This document shows positions 30,064-39,903 of a stretch of 64,000 nt of DNA, in pieces. Where the stretch lies: the NCBI GenBank assembly GCA_963816185.1, contig CAWFJJ010000024.1, positions 480,001 to 544,000 on the forward strand. Reading direction: 5' to 3'. Within the stretch, counting starts at the first letter, position 1, and every line of letters begins with the position of its first letter. This DNA comes from Thermoanaerobaculia bacterium (GTDB lineage: Bacteria; Acidobacteriota; Thermoanaerobaculia; UBA5066). The notes under the pieces are model-generated. The model made no database searches. It was not told the origin of the DNA and worked only from the letters and a program-made list of their open reading frames with translations. The translations under genes were made by a program, and so were the position numbers.

Positions 30064-30537
30064 GTGCGCGTCTCTGTCTACTGCTCCGACTGCCTCGCCC
30101 GCATCGAGGTTCCGCCGCCCCAGGAGACGCCCAGCGGCTCTGTCTCTTGCCCTTCTAAGCATTCCCCGATTTCCTTTTCCCATTCCGAAGCCGTCAAGGC
30201 CGGATCGCGGGTGGATGTCTGCTCTCGCTGTTCCTCCAGTGCGCTCTTCGGCCAGAAGGACTTCGACCAGCGCCTCGGCTGCGCGATCCTCGCCGCTGGC
30301 GCAGCGGTCGCCCTGGGCGTGTCGTGGCGTTTCGGCGGGATCTGGTTCGTGCCGGTGCTCCTCGCCGTCGCGGCAGCAGATTTCGTTCTCGCGCGCCGGG
30401 TCGCGCCCGTCGTCATCTGCTACCGATGCGACACGGAGTACCGGGGCGCCGCCGATGCTTCCGCCGCGCGGCCCTACGACCCGCACATCGCGGAGCGGTT
30501 CGCCGAGGTGAAGACCGTGAGGCGCATGAACCCCTGA
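30064..30537 (+). CDS. Hypothetical membrane protein with CxxC motifs
   Basis: CSDC, CSRC, QKDF, two TMs, CYRC, YDPH. Confidence 0.7.
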   Translation: MRVSVYCSDCLARIEVPPPQETPSGSVSCPSKHSPISFSHSEAVKAGSRVDVCSRCSSSALFGQKDFDQRLGCAILAAGAAVALGVSWRFGGIWFVPVLLAVAAADFVLARRVAPVVICYRCDTEYRGAADASAARPYDPHIAERFAEVKTVRRMNP

Positions 30538-30562
30538 CGATCGGCTATCCTCACCCCCTCCC

Positions 30563-33070
30563 ATGCGACCGCTCGGCACCTATCGCCTCGCCCCGGCGCT
30601 TCCCGACCGGCTCGCGGCGCTCTCGGCGCTCGCGCGGGACCTGCGCGCGACGTGGCGGGAGGACGTGCGCTCTCTCTTTCGGGATCTCGACCCGGACGAG
30701 TGGGAGCGAAACGGGAACCCGGTCGTGGTCCTCAGGACCACCGACCCGGCGCGTCTCGCGGCCCTTGCCGCGGACGAGCAATACGTCGGGCGCGTCCTCG
30801 CGGTCGCGCAGGCCCTTGAGGCCGAGGACGCGGCGCCCCCGCGGCACGCGGTTGCCGCCGCCCTCGTATCTTCCGGCGATCGCATCGCGTATTTCTGCGC
30901 GGAATTCGGCCTGACGGAGATCCTGCCGATCTATTCGGGCGGGCTCGGCGTCCTCGCAGGAGATCAGCTCAAGTCCGCGAGTGATCTCGGGGTCCCGCTC
31001 GTCGGAGTCGGACTCTTCTACCGCGAGGGCTTCTTCCGCCAGACGCTGACGGCGGACGCGCGGCAGAAGGAGTCTTACCCGATCGCCGATCCGCACGACC
31101 TTCCGGCCGACATCCTTCCGACGCCCGCCGGCGTCGCGCCGATCGTGAGCGTGCGCGTGGGCGAGCGGGACGTGCATCTCCTCGTTCGACGGGTGCGGGT
31201 CGGGCGCACGACGCTCCTCCTTCTCGATTCACACCTCCCGGTGAATCGGCCGAGCGACCGCGAGATCACGAACCGCCTCTACGGCGGCGACAAGGAGATG
31301 CGGATTCGCCAGGAGCTGGCGCTCGGCGTCGGCGGCATGCGCGCGCTCGATCTCGCCGGCCTCAGGCCCACGGTGCGCCACGCGAACGAGGGGCACGCCG
31401 CGTTTCTCGGGCTCGAGCGGATCCGCCAGCTCCGCGCCGAAAGGGGCCTGTCGTTTGCCGAGGCACGCGAGATCGCGATGGCGGGAAACTGCTTCACGAC
31501 CCACACGCCCGTAGCGGCGGGGATCGACCTCTTCCCGTACGAGCTCATGAAGAAGTACTTCGTCGACAAGGTCGACGCGTACGGCATTTCGTTCGAGGAG
31601 CTCCTCGGGCTCGGACGGCAGGTTCCCGAGGACCCGCACGAGTTCTTCTCGATGGCCGTGCTCGGGTTGCGCCTCTCGGCCCACGTGAACGGCGTCTCGA
31701 AGCTGCACGCGCACGTGTCGCGCCGCCTGTGGCGCGGCGTCTTTCCGGAGGCGCCGCTCTCCGAGATCCCGATCGCCGCCGTGACGAACGGGGTTCATCC
31801 GGACACGTGGACCGCGCCTGCGATTGCCGCCCTCGGCCCGCGCCGCGAGGAAGGCGTGGACCGCGGAGAGCTGTGGCGCCGGCACGAGGCTCTCCGCGCG
31901 GCGCTCGTCCAGGGCGTTCGCTCGCGAACGGCAGCCGCACGCCAGCGCCGCGGCGCCCCGGAGGTCGAGATCGAGGCCGCATGGCGGCTCCTCGATCCGT
32001 CGGCCCTCACGATCGGATTCGCCCGTCGCTTCGCGACCTACAAGCGTGCCACGCTGATCTTTCACGATCCCGACCGGATCGGGCGGCTCCTGGGCGACGA
32101 GCGCCGGCCGGTGCAGATCCTCTTCGCGGGGAAGGCGCACCCGAAGGACGAGCCCGGCAAGGAGTTCCTGAGGCGGGTCGGGGAGTTCGCGACGCTTCCG
32201 GAGTTCCGGGATCGCGTCGTCCTCCTCGACGACCACGACATGCGGCTGGCCCGCCTTCTCGTCTCGGGCTCGGACGTCTGGCTGAACAACCCGGTCCGGC
32301 CGTTCGAGGCCTCGGGGACGTCGGGCATGAAAGCCGCGATGAACGGAGTCCTGAATCTGTCCGTCCTCGACGGCTGGTGGGACGAGGCTCCGCGCGACGG
32401 GACCGGCTTCACGATGGGCGACGACACGGACGGGCGGGCGGACGACGACGTCGCGAGCGAGCTGTACGAGAAGCTCGAAAGCGAGGTCATCCCGCTTTTC
32501 TACGATCGGCCCGGGGGGGACCGCTCACAGATGCCGGCAGGCTGGGTCGAGCGCATGGCCGCCGCCGCCTCCCGGCTCGGGCGGATGTTCTCGTCGGACC
32601 GCATGCTCGGCGATTACCTCGAGATCTCGTACGCGCCCGCGGCCGAGCGCGTGCGTCGCCTCTCCGAGGACGCTGACAAGGGCGCGAAGGACCTGGCCGC
32701 CTGGAAAGCGAGGACGCGCGTCGCCTGGGATGCGGTGGAGTTCGTGTCGGTGACGCTCGATCCGGCGGATCCGGCGCGCGTCTCGCCAGGCAACACATTC
32801 CGCGTCGAGATCCACCTCCGTCTCGGGGAGCTCGGGCCCGAGGACCTCGCGGTCGACTGGTTCGAAGGCGAGATGGACCGCAGCGGAGGAGTCGACGCCG
32901 GCTACTCGACGCCCCTTGCCTTCGTCGAGCGCCGCGACGGCACGGCGACGTGGGTCGGTACGGTCCAGCGTCCCGCCGACGACCGTCTGGGCTACTCGGT
33001 GCGCGTGCGCCCCCGGCACCCGCTGCTGCTCCACCCGAACGAGACCGGCCTCGTCCTCTGGGCGGAGTAG
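30563..33070 (+). CDS. glgP: Alpha-glucan (glycogen/starch) phosphorylase
   Basis: YSGGLGVLAGD, NEGHAA, FTTHTP, TNGVH, FARRFATYKR, EASGTSGMK. Confidence 0.96.
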   Translation: MRPLGTYRLAPALPDRLAALSALARDLRATWREDVRSLFRDLDPDEWERNGNPVVVLRTTDPARLAALAADEQYVGRVLAVAQALEAEDAAPPRHAVAAALVSSGDRIAYFCAEFGLTEILPIYSGGLGVLAGDQLKSASDLGVPLVGVGLFYREGFFRQTLTADARQKESYPIADPHDLPADILPTPAGVAPIVSVRVGERDVHLLVRRVRVGRTTLLLLDSHLPVNRPSDREITNRLYGGDKEMRIRQELALGVGGMRALDLAGLRPTVRHANEGHAAFLGLERIRQLRAERGLSFAEAREIAMAGNCFTTHTPVAAGIDLFPYELMKKYFVDKVDAYGISFEELLGLGRQVPEDPHEFFSMAVLGLRLSAHVNGVSKLHAHVSRRLWRGVFPEAPLSEIPIAAVTNGVHPDTWTAPAIAALGPRREEGVDRGELWRRHEALRAALVQGVRSRTAAARQRRGAPEVEIEAAWRLLDPSALTIGFARRFATYKRATLIFHDPDRIGRLLGDERRPVQILFAGKAHPKDEPGKEFLRRVGEFATLPEFRDRVVLLDDHDMRLARLLVSGSDVWLNNPVRPFEASGTSGMKAAMNGVLNLSVLDGWWDEAPRDGTGFTMGDDTDGRADDDVASELYEKLESEVIPLFYDRPGGDRSQMPAGWVERMAAAASRLGRMFSSDRMLGDYLEISYAPAAERVRRLSEDADKGAKDLAAWKARTRVAWDAVEFVSVTLDPADPARVSPGNTFRVEIHLRLGELGPEDLAVDWFEGEMDRSGGVDAGYSTPLAFVERRDGTATWVGTVQRPADDRLGYSVRVRPRHPLLLHPNETGLVLWAE

Positions 33071-33255
33071 CGCCTCGGGAGATCCAACGTTGGCTTCGTT
33101 CCATTTGGTAAGTCATCTCGCCTCAGCGGCTGTCACGTAGAGCCGTCGCCGTCGTGCCGAACTTCCGTCAAATGAAGCGGCAGAGCGTCCGCGTGGACGA
33201 ATAGCCGAGCCTTTTTGCTATCTCCTTCAGTGGCAAAGGCGAACCTCGCAGTTAC

Positions 33256-33327
33256 ATCGCCAACTTCGAGGTGAAGACCCAAGGCGAGCGCAGCGAGGGT
33301 GCCCCAGCGCGAGGGGTCGGTGGCGAT
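33256..33327 (-). repeat. Degenerate attC-like site
   Basis: ATCGCCA/TGGCGAT outer arms, GTTGGCG end on the minus strand, GGCGAGCGCAGCGAG core; 15 nt after the SDR stop. Confidence 0.5.
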
Positions 33328-33341
33328 CCGTTTGGAGGGGA

Positions 33342-34286
33342 CTACGTCGCAGTGCGGTACTCGCCTCGGCGGTTTCGCCGGCGTGCCATTTCGCTGGAAT
33401 AGTGGATACCGAGGAGCGAGGCGTGGTCCGCCGCCCAGGATGAAAGGGGCGTTGTGCCCGTGGGCGGTGCGTCGACCACGAGGAGGTCGGCCATGAGACC
33501 TTCGATTTCGGGCTTCGTGATGACCACGTCACCGACGAGATGGCCGAGGGCCCAGCCGACGCCATAACCGAGGGATGGAGGGATGGAAAGGATCGGACGG
33601 ACCCTGCCAATGGCGCGACCAATGGTCTCAACGAGAGACCGGTAAGTGAAGGTTTCTGGCCCGATGGCGTTGATGACGGTGCTGTCGATCCCAGCGCCCT
33701 GCGTTACCGCGAGGGAGGCAAGGTCGTCTACGAAGATGGGCTGGAGCCGGTACTGACCCGTGCCGAAGACACCGAAGACGGGAAAACGGCGTAGAAGCCA
33801 CGCGATGTTGTTGATGAGGATGTCCTGCTCGCCGAAGAGGACCGTGGGGCGCAGGATCGCGTAAGAGAGGCCGCACTCGTACAGGGCGCGCTCCAGGACG
33901 GCCTTGCCGTGAAAGTACTCGAGTTGCGAACTCTCGGATGGATTCGTGATGCTGACGTGCACGACCCGTTGAACACCTGCCTCTTTCGCGGCGCGGAATA
34001 GGGTCAGGGTGTTCTCAACGGCGACGGAATGCTGAAACGCAGGCGAGTTGAAGCGAACCCAATAGGTGTTGTAGAGCACCGTGGCGCCTTTCAGGGAGTC
34101 GACGAGGCGCTCAGGTCGATCGAAGTTGAATGGGTGAGCCTCTACACGGCCTTGTAGAGGACTCGGGCGATTGAGGGAGTTGGTGATGGTTCGGACCCGC
34201 GCGCCTGTCTTGAGTAGGCGCGATGCGATGTAGCTGCCGGAATAGCCGAATGCGCCGGTAACGACGTGAAAAGGTGCATCCGGCAT
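33342..34286 (-). CDS. Atypical SDR / NAD(P)H-binding protein (NDUFA9-like)
   Basis: VTGAFGYSG Rossmann motif, YFHGK, ILRPTVLFG, QPIFVDDLA; GGAGG RBS; codon usage differs from the flanks. Confidence 0.85.
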   Translation of the reverse strand: MPDAPFHVVTGAFGYSGSYIASRLLKTGARVRTITNSLNRPSPLQGRVEAHPFNFDRPERLVDSLKGATVLYNTYWVRFNSPAFQHSVAVENTLTLFRAAKEAGVQRVVHVSITNPSESSQLEYFHGKAVLERALYECGLSYAILRPTVLFGEQDILINNIAWLLRRFPVFGVFGTGQYRLQPIFVDDLASLAVTQGAGIDSTVINAIGPETFTYRSLVETIGRAIGRVRPILSIPPSLGYGVGWALGHLVGDVVITKPEIEGLMADLLVVDAPPTGTTPLSSWAADHASLLGIHYSSEMARRRNRRGEYRTAT

Positions 34287-34323
34287 AAATGCCTCCGAAT
34301 TTGATACGGAGAGAGGTGACGCC

Positions 34324-34383
34324 GTCTGACGATATCAGACTCAGCCGCGGGCGTAGCGAATTCGCTGCGGGGAAAGGTTAGCT
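34324..34383 (-). repeat. attC-like site
   Basis: Minus strand AGCTAAC (containing the upstream gene's TAA) ... GTCAGAC, 60 bp, imperfect palindrome. Confidence 0.6.
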
Positions 34384-34984
34384 GGCGATCGAATCGACGG
34401 CTAGACGATGCCAGTGGTACTTCATGTCGCGGACATAGAAGATTGAGTCGAGGCGCGCCTCGGATCCTGAGAACAGCAGGCCTGAATACATGGCCTCGTA
34501 GACGCCGAGCTGGTCGGTCACAACTTGGCTGTCCCATGGATTGCGAGCGATGCGAACGACCTCGACGCGATTGGGATACCTCCGAGCGCCGATCTGAGCT
34601 TTGCCAGTTGACGTGTGCACGATTGAAGCGAAAGAAGGTGAAGGCATTCCCGGCTGCAACCATGATGGCGTTGTCGGCATCACTCCGCAGGAACGTCACT
34701 CCGCGCTCGCGACCGCATCTGACGACAGCCCGATAGACCACCTGTGTGTAGGTCGTACCGAGCCGTGGAGGCACGAACGATGGCCTCATGTGGTCCATTA
34801 GCGCTATGACAATGGAAACGAAGGCGTATGGACCGTACTGGTCTGGAACGAGGTGATCGGGTAGATGGCGCCGAAGGGCGGAAAAAGCGACCGCGAAGTT
34901 GACCAGAAAGCAATGCCGGAAGCTGGTCTTCATCGGCACTGGATGGAGTGGGAGGAATCGCATTACGGGGCGACTTTGAGCCAT
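34378..34984 (-). pseudogene. DUF2071/YqjF-like gene, disrupted near 34590
   Basis: N-part (LVNFAV..LRRHLP..AFVSIV..VYRAVV..GVTFLRSDA) and C-part lie in different frames; the total looks short for the family. Confidence 0.6.
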
Positions 34985-35035
34985 TCGACGATTTCAAGCT
35001 CAGAGGCGAGCGTAGCGAGGCCCCGGCGAACAACC
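34983..35035 (-). repeat. Degenerate attC-like site adjacent to IS630
   Basis: ATTCGACGATTTCAAGCTCAGAGGCGAGCGTAGCGAG aligns with 34324-34360 and 59503-59527. Confidence 0.5.
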
Positions 35036-35050
35036 TCCTAAGTCTTCATA

Positions 35051-36118
35051 CTAGTTCCCCGTAACAGCTGAAGTGCGAGCAACGTTGATGCGCGTCGAGG
35101 GATCCGAGTAGGTCCACTTGATGGGCGTGGCTGAGCGGTTGTAGGCGCGGATGTAGCGCATCAGCTTCCGAGCGAGATCGCCTTTGGAGGTGAAGACGCC
35201 ACGGGCGATAACGTGACGCTCGATCCTCGAGAACCAGATTTCGACCTGATTCAGCCACGAGGAATAGGTCGGCGTGAAGTGCAGATGGACGTTGGGGTGC
35301 TCCGAAAGGAACAGCTCGACGCGCTTTGTCTTATGCGCCGAGAGGTTGTCGGCAATGATGTGGATCTCCCGGCCTCGGCGCTCGCTGGCGACCACCTGCG
35401 CGAGAAAAGCCACGAACTGCTCGGTGGTGTGCCGCTGGGTCGTTCTTCCCAGAACCTCGCCTGTCTTCGTGTTCAGAGCCGCATAGAGCGAGAGCGTGCC
35501 GTGCCGGTAGTACTCGAATCCGTGGCGCTCGATTCGGCCCGGCGAAAGCGGCAGGACCGGGTCGAGACGATCGAGAGCCTGAATGGCGGTCTTCTCATCG
35601 ACGCAGAACACCGCGGCGTGCTGAGGCGGATTGAGATAGAGGCCAATGACGTCGGCGGCCTTCGACTCGAACTCGGGATCGTCCGACGTCATGTATCGCT
35701 TCATCCGGTGCGGCTTGACCCCGGCTCGCGCCCACGCCCGCGCCACGAGCATGTGGTTGACCCCCATCGCCTCGGCCAAACGCCGCGTGCTCCAGTGGGT
35801 CGATCCGTCCGTCGGCTTCTGCCTGGTTTTCTCGAGAATCTTCGCCTGAAGCCTCGGCGTCAGGACTCTGGCCTTCGAGCCGCAGTGGCGCGAGTAGAGG
35901 CCAGCCAATCTCTCAGCCTCAAAGCGCCTCTTCCACCTGCTGACGTAGCCCGGGTCGCAGCCCAGCGCCGCCTGCACCGCCGCGTAGCTTTCGCCTCGGG
36001 CCAGCATCAGAACCAGCCGAGCCCTACGGGCATCCTCGGCGCGCAGTCGTCTCGAGCGGCATCGGGATTCAAGCTCTTCACGCTCGACCGTCGTCAGAGA
36101 AAGCACGTCTCGAATCAT
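35051..36118 (-). CDS. IS630 transposase
   Basis: HWSTR, VDEKT, YYRHGT, DNLSAH, PTYSSWLNQVEIWF (DDE). Confidence 0.95.
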   Translation of the reverse strand: MIRDVLSLTTVEREELESRCRSRRLRAEDARRARLVLMLARGESYAAVQAALGCDPGYVSRWKRRFEAERLAGLYSRHCGSKARVLTPRLQAKILEKTRQKPTDGSTHWSTRRLAEAMGVNHMLVARAWARAGVKPHRMKRYMTSDDPEFESKAADVIGLYLNPPQHAAVFCVDEKTAIQALDRLDPVLPLSPGRIERHGFEYYRHGTLSLYAALNTKTGEVLGRTTQRHTTEQFVAFLAQVVASERRGREIHIIADNLSAHKTKRVELFLSEHPNVHLHFTPTYSSWLNQVEIWFSRIERHVIARGVFTSKGDLARKLMRYIRAYNRSATPIKWTYSDPSTRINVARTSAVTGN

Positions 36119-36170
36119 GCCTCTCTAACGCAAACACGATCCTATTTGTTCCAGCGTTACAGAACACTAG
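35051..36170 (-). mobile_element. IS630-family insertion sequence
   Basis: Imperfect terminal IRs CTAGTTCCCCGTAACAGCTG / CTAGTGTTCTGTAACGCTG, CTAG (TA target) at both ends, transposase inside. Confidence 0.9.
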
Positions 36171-36817
36171 TGCTTCGCGATCGCGAGCTGGAACGACAGG
36201 TTCTCGAGGAAGAACGTGAGGTCGAGGTTCTTCACGAGGACGCCGGGAAGCGCGGGCACCGTCACGGGGGCAAAATTGAGGATGGCGCGAATGCCTGCCG
36301 CAGCCATCCGCTGCGCGAGCGGAATCGCGCCTTCGGCCGGGATCGCGAGAATTCCGATCTCGATCCCCAGCTCCGTCACGAAGGCCTCGAGCGCCTGAAC
36401 GTCGTGGATCGGGACGCCCGTGCGCGAGCGCCCGCCGATCTTCCGGCCGTCCACGTCGAAGAGCGCGGCCACCCGAAAGCCCTCGGCGTTGAAGTTCGGG
36501 GAGTCGGCGAGGGCCTGGCCGAGCTTTCCCGCGCCCGCGATGCCGAGAGCGTGCGTGACGTCGAGGCCCATGAGGACCTTGAGGTGGGTCTTGAGATCGG
36601 CGACGCGGTATCCGACGCCCCTGACGCCGAACTCGCCGAACTGCGCGAGGTCCTTCCGGATCTGGGCGGAGTTGAGCGAAAAACGCTCGGCGATCTCGTA
36701 GGACGAGGCCGTGAGGATCCCGGCCGCCTCGAGACTGCGCAGCGAGCGCAGGAGAAGAGAGAGGCGGTGGCTCGTCGCTTCCGGAACCGGCTCGGTCCTC
36801 GGCTCGGTTCTCTTCAC
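36167..36817 (-). CDS. rex: Redox-sensing transcriptional repressor Rex
   Basis: VPEAT..RLS, SAQIRKDL..FGEFG.RGVGY, GAGKLG, ILNFAP. Confidence 0.93.
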   Translation of the reverse strand: MKRTEPRTEPVPEATSHRLSLLLRSLRSLEAAGILTASSYEIAERFSLNSAQIRKDLAQFGEFGVRGVGYRVADLKTHLKVLMGLDVTHALGIAGAGKLGQALADSPNFNAEGFRVAALFDVDGRKIGGRSRTGVPIHDVQALEAFVTELGIEIGILAIPAEGAIPLAQRMAAAGIRAILNFAPVTVPALPGVLVKNLDLTFFLENLSFQLAIAKH

Positions 36818-36819
36818 GC

Positions 36820-38280
36820 CTATCGTCCCGCGAACGTGGCCGCGGCGCCGCGCGCGACCTCGAGGAGAGCGCGTGGGAAGACGCCCCACGCCAGCATGAG
36901 CGCGGCCGTGATCAGGAATGCGGCGCCCGAGAGGAGATCTTCGGGCACGAGGGAGACCTCTCGGACCGGCTCCTTCATCCAGAGGACGTAGACGACGCGG
37001 AGGTAGTACCCCACGGAGATCAGGCTCCCGAGGACACCGACGAGCGCGAGCCCCACGAGGCCGGCGTCGACGGCCGCGCGGAAGACGAGGAGCTTGCCGA
37101 TGAATCCCACCGTGGGGGGAAGGCCCGCGAGAGAGAGCATCGAAAGGGTCAGGGCCGAGGCCGCAACGGGATGCCGGCGGCCGAGGCCCGCGAGATCGCC
37201 GAGGGGATGGGGCTCCTTTTCGCCGGCCGAAAGCGCCGCGACGGCGAGGAAGGCGGCAGCGTTCGTGACGACGTAGCCCGCAAGGAAAACGAGCACGCCT
37301 TCGAACGCCTCCGGCGTCAGAGTCGCGACGGCGATCGCCGCGTAGCCCATCTGCGCGATGCCGGAGTAGGCGAGCATCCGCTTGAGGTCCCGCTGGGAAA
37401 GAGCCACGACGTTGCCGAACAGAATGGAGAGGACCGCAATGATCGAGAACAGCGGTCGCCACGGTTCTGGCAAGGAGAGAGGGAAGAGCGCGTGGAGAAC
37501 GCGAAAAAGGACGAGAAGCGCGCCCACCTTCGGGGCCGTCGAGAGAAACGTCACGGCCGGCGTCGTCATGCCCTGATAGACGTCCGGCGCCCACCCGTGA
37601 AAAGGCACGAGCGCGATCTTGAACGAGAGCGCCGCGACGATCGCAAGGAGCCCCGCCGCGAGAAGCAGGTCGAAAGGCACCGGTGAATTGCTCGACGCGA
37701 GTCCCTGGAGCCTCGTGAGGCGTGTCGTGCCGAGACGGCCATAGACCGTGGCGACGCCATAGAGCAGGAAAGCAGAGGCGAGCGCGCCCATGAGGAAGTA
37801 TTTCAGCGCCGCTTCCGTCGCGGCGGGAACGTCCCGGTACCACGCGGCGAGAACGTAGAGCGCGAGCGACATCAGCTCGAGGCCGAGAAAGACGACGAGA
37901 AGGTCCACGCCGCGCACCATCAGGATCAAGCCGGTCGCCGAGAAGAGGAGAAGGGCGTAGAACTCTCCCTGGTTGCGGCGGTCGCGCTCGAGCGCGGCCG
38001 CCCCGCCGAGCACCGCGAGGGCCACGGCTCCGAGGGCGACGAGCTCGATGAAGCGCGAGAGGCCGGAGGACTCCACCGCTCCGCCGAAGAACGTCCCGGT
38101 CACATCCCTCCCCGCGAGATTCGCGAGCGCGAGCGCAAGGAGCGTCACGTAGGGGAAAAAGCCCCTCAGGGGCCGTGCGAAGGCGTCGAGGAGAAGAATG
38201 AGAGACGCGAAGAGAGCGAGGACGAGCTCCGGCGCCACGCAGGCGAAGTCCGCGCCTGTGACCTGAAGGAAGCCGGTCAT
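36820..38280 (-). CDS. nuoN: NADH-quinone oxidoreductase subunit N
   Basis: GLELMSL, EAALKYF, FKIALVPFHGWAPDVYQG, KRMLAYS. Confidence 0.93.
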   Translation of the reverse strand: MTGFLQVTGADFACVAPELVLALFASLILLLDAFARPLRGFFPYVTLLALALANLAGRDVTGTFFGGAVESSGLSRFIELVALGAVALAVLGGAAALERDRRNQGEFYALLLFSATGLILMVRGVDLLVVFLGLELMSLALYVLAAWYRDVPAATEAALKYFLMGALASAFLLYGVATVYGRLGTTRLTRLQGLASSNSPVPFDLLLAAGLLAIVAALSFKIALVPFHGWAPDVYQGMTTPAVTFLSTAPKVGALLVLFRVLHALFPLSLPEPWRPLFSIIAVLSILFGNVVALSQRDLKRMLAYSGIAQMGYAAIAVATLTPEAFEGVLVFLAGYVVTNAAAFLAVAALSAGEKEPHPLGDLAGLGRRHPVAASALTLSMLSLAGLPPTVGFIGKLLVFRAAVDAGLVGLALVGVLGSLISVGYYLRVVYVLWMKEPVREVSLVPEDLLSGAAFLITAALMLAWGVFPRALLEVARGAAATFAGR

Positions 38281-39899
38281 CGGGCGGTTTCCTCTCGCGG
38301 CGCGGGCAGCTCGTGCACCGCGAGGCGCTTGAAAGCTTCGTTCGCGACGGGATGTGAGAGCACCGCCTCCGCGCTCGGCGTGCCCACGCGCTGAAGGGTC
38401 TTCACGCTGCCGTCCACGAGCGTCAGCAGCGGCCTCGGGAAGACGCCGAGCAGGACGATGAGGACGATGAGAGGAAACGCGCCCGCCAGCTCCCAGCCGT
38501 TGATGTCCGTGAGGGAGCGGTTCGCGGGGACGGTCTCGGGCCCCCAGAACACCTTCTGGATGAGCGTCAGGAGATAGATCGCGCCGAGGACCATGCCGGT
38601 CGTCGCGATCGCCGCCCAGGCGACCTTCACCTGGAACACGCCGCCGAGGATCAGGAACTCGCCGACGAATCCGTTCAGACCGGGCAGGCCGATGGAGCCG
38701 AGCGTCGCGATGAGGAAGAGCGTGGTCGTCACGGGAACGCGTGCCGCGATTCCGCCGAAGTCGGCCATCTCGCGCGTGTGGCGGCGGGAGTACAGGACGC
38801 CTACGAGAAGGAACAGGAGGCCGGTCGTGAGCCCGTGGCCCACCATCTGGAAGACGGCGCCGGAGAGCGCGGCGGGAGTGCCCGCGACGATGCCGAGCAC
38901 GACGAGCGCGAGGTGGCTCACGGACGAGTACGCGACGAGCTTCTTCATGTCCTTCTGCGCGGCGGCGACCCAGGCCCCGTAGACGATGCCCACGAGCGCG
39001 AGGACGGCGAGAAGCGGGCCGTACCGGGCCGCGGCGTGCGGGAACAGCGGGTACGCGAAGCGCAGGAGGCCGTACGTCCCGAGCTTGAGAAGGACGCCCG
39101 CGAGGATGATCGAGCCGCCCGTCGGCGCCTCTACGTGCGCGTCCGGAAGCCACGTGTGGAGCGGCCAGAGCGGCACCTTCACGAGAAACGCGAGCGTGAA
39201 CGCGCCGAAGAGAAGCGCCTCGGTGCCCGGCGTCAGGTTCCAGGCGCCCGAGGACGCGGCCCGCGTCCACTCGGCGAGCGAGAACGACTGGAAGCCGGTC
39301 GCCTTGAGGTGGACGTTCGCCGCGAAGAGGATCGCGACGAACATGAGGAGCGAGCCCGCCATCGTGAAGAGAAAGAACTTCATCGTGGCGTAAATGCGGC
39401 GCTTGCCGCCCCAGATGCCGATGATGAAGTACATCGGCACGAGCATCACTTCCCAGAAGACGTAGAAAAGGAGCGTGTCGAGGGCGACGAGGCTTCCCAG
39501 CATCCCCGTCTCGAGGAGGAGGAACGCGGCGACGTAGCCCTTGAGCTTCTCGATCTTCTCCCCGCACGAGAAGAGGAGGACCGAAACCGTGAGCACCGTC
39601 GTGAGGAGCACGAGCGCAAGGGAAAGGCCGTCGACGCCGAGCTGGTAACGGATCCCGAAGCGCGGGATCCACGGGCGGTCGATCGCGAAAGCGGTCGGCG
39701 TCGCGGTGGCCGTGTCGAAGCCCCGATACATGAGGACGCTGACGCCGAAGGTGAGGAGGGACGTCGCGAGGCCGACCGCCTTCGCCCCGGCCTTCGAGGA
39801 GGCCGGGAAGAACGCGAGCACGAGGGCGCCCAACGTCGGGAGGAAGACGAGCGTCGTGAGGAGGTCCGCGCCGAGGGGGTGGAAGGTCGCGAAGCTCAT
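38277..39899 (-). CDS. nuoM: NADH-quinone oxidoreductase subunit M
   Basis: GVDGLS, FWE, VKVPLWPLHTWLPDAHVEAPT, LPGLNGFVGE. Confidence 0.95.
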   Translation of the reverse strand: MSFATFHPLGADLLTTLVFLPTLGALVLAFFPASSKAGAKAVGLATSLLTFGVSVLMYRGFDTATATPTAFAIDRPWIPRFGIRYQLGVDGLSLALVLLTTVLTVSVLLFSCGEKIEKLKGYVAAFLLLETGMLGSLVALDTLLFYVFWEVMLVPMYFIIGIWGGKRRIYATMKFFLFTMAGSLLMFVAILFAANVHLKATGFQSFSLAEWTRAASSGAWNLTPGTEALLFGAFTLAFLVKVPLWPLHTWLPDAHVEAPTGGSIILAGVLLKLGTYGLLRFAYPLFPHAAARYGPLLAVLALVGIVYGAWVAAAQKDMKKLVAYSSVSHLALVVLGIVAGTPAALSGAVFQMVGHGLTTGLLFLLVGVLYSRRHTREMADFGGIAARVPVTTTLFLIATLGSIGLPGLNGFVGEFLILGGVFQVKVAWAAIATTGMVLGAIYLLTLIQKVFWGPETVPANRSLTDINGWELAGAFPLIVLIVLLGVFPRPLLTLVDGSVKTLQRVGTPSAEAVLSHPVANEAFKRLAVHELPAPREETAR

Positions 39900-39903
39900 C
39901 GGC

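Noticed and set aside
28572-30537. N-terminal extensions of the MFS and CxxC ORFs across 29766-30063
   Set aside because: They translate the intergenic hairpin repeat; the same peptide (VKGALRAPRSGRRPLT) appears in a spurious ORF over repeat copy 2
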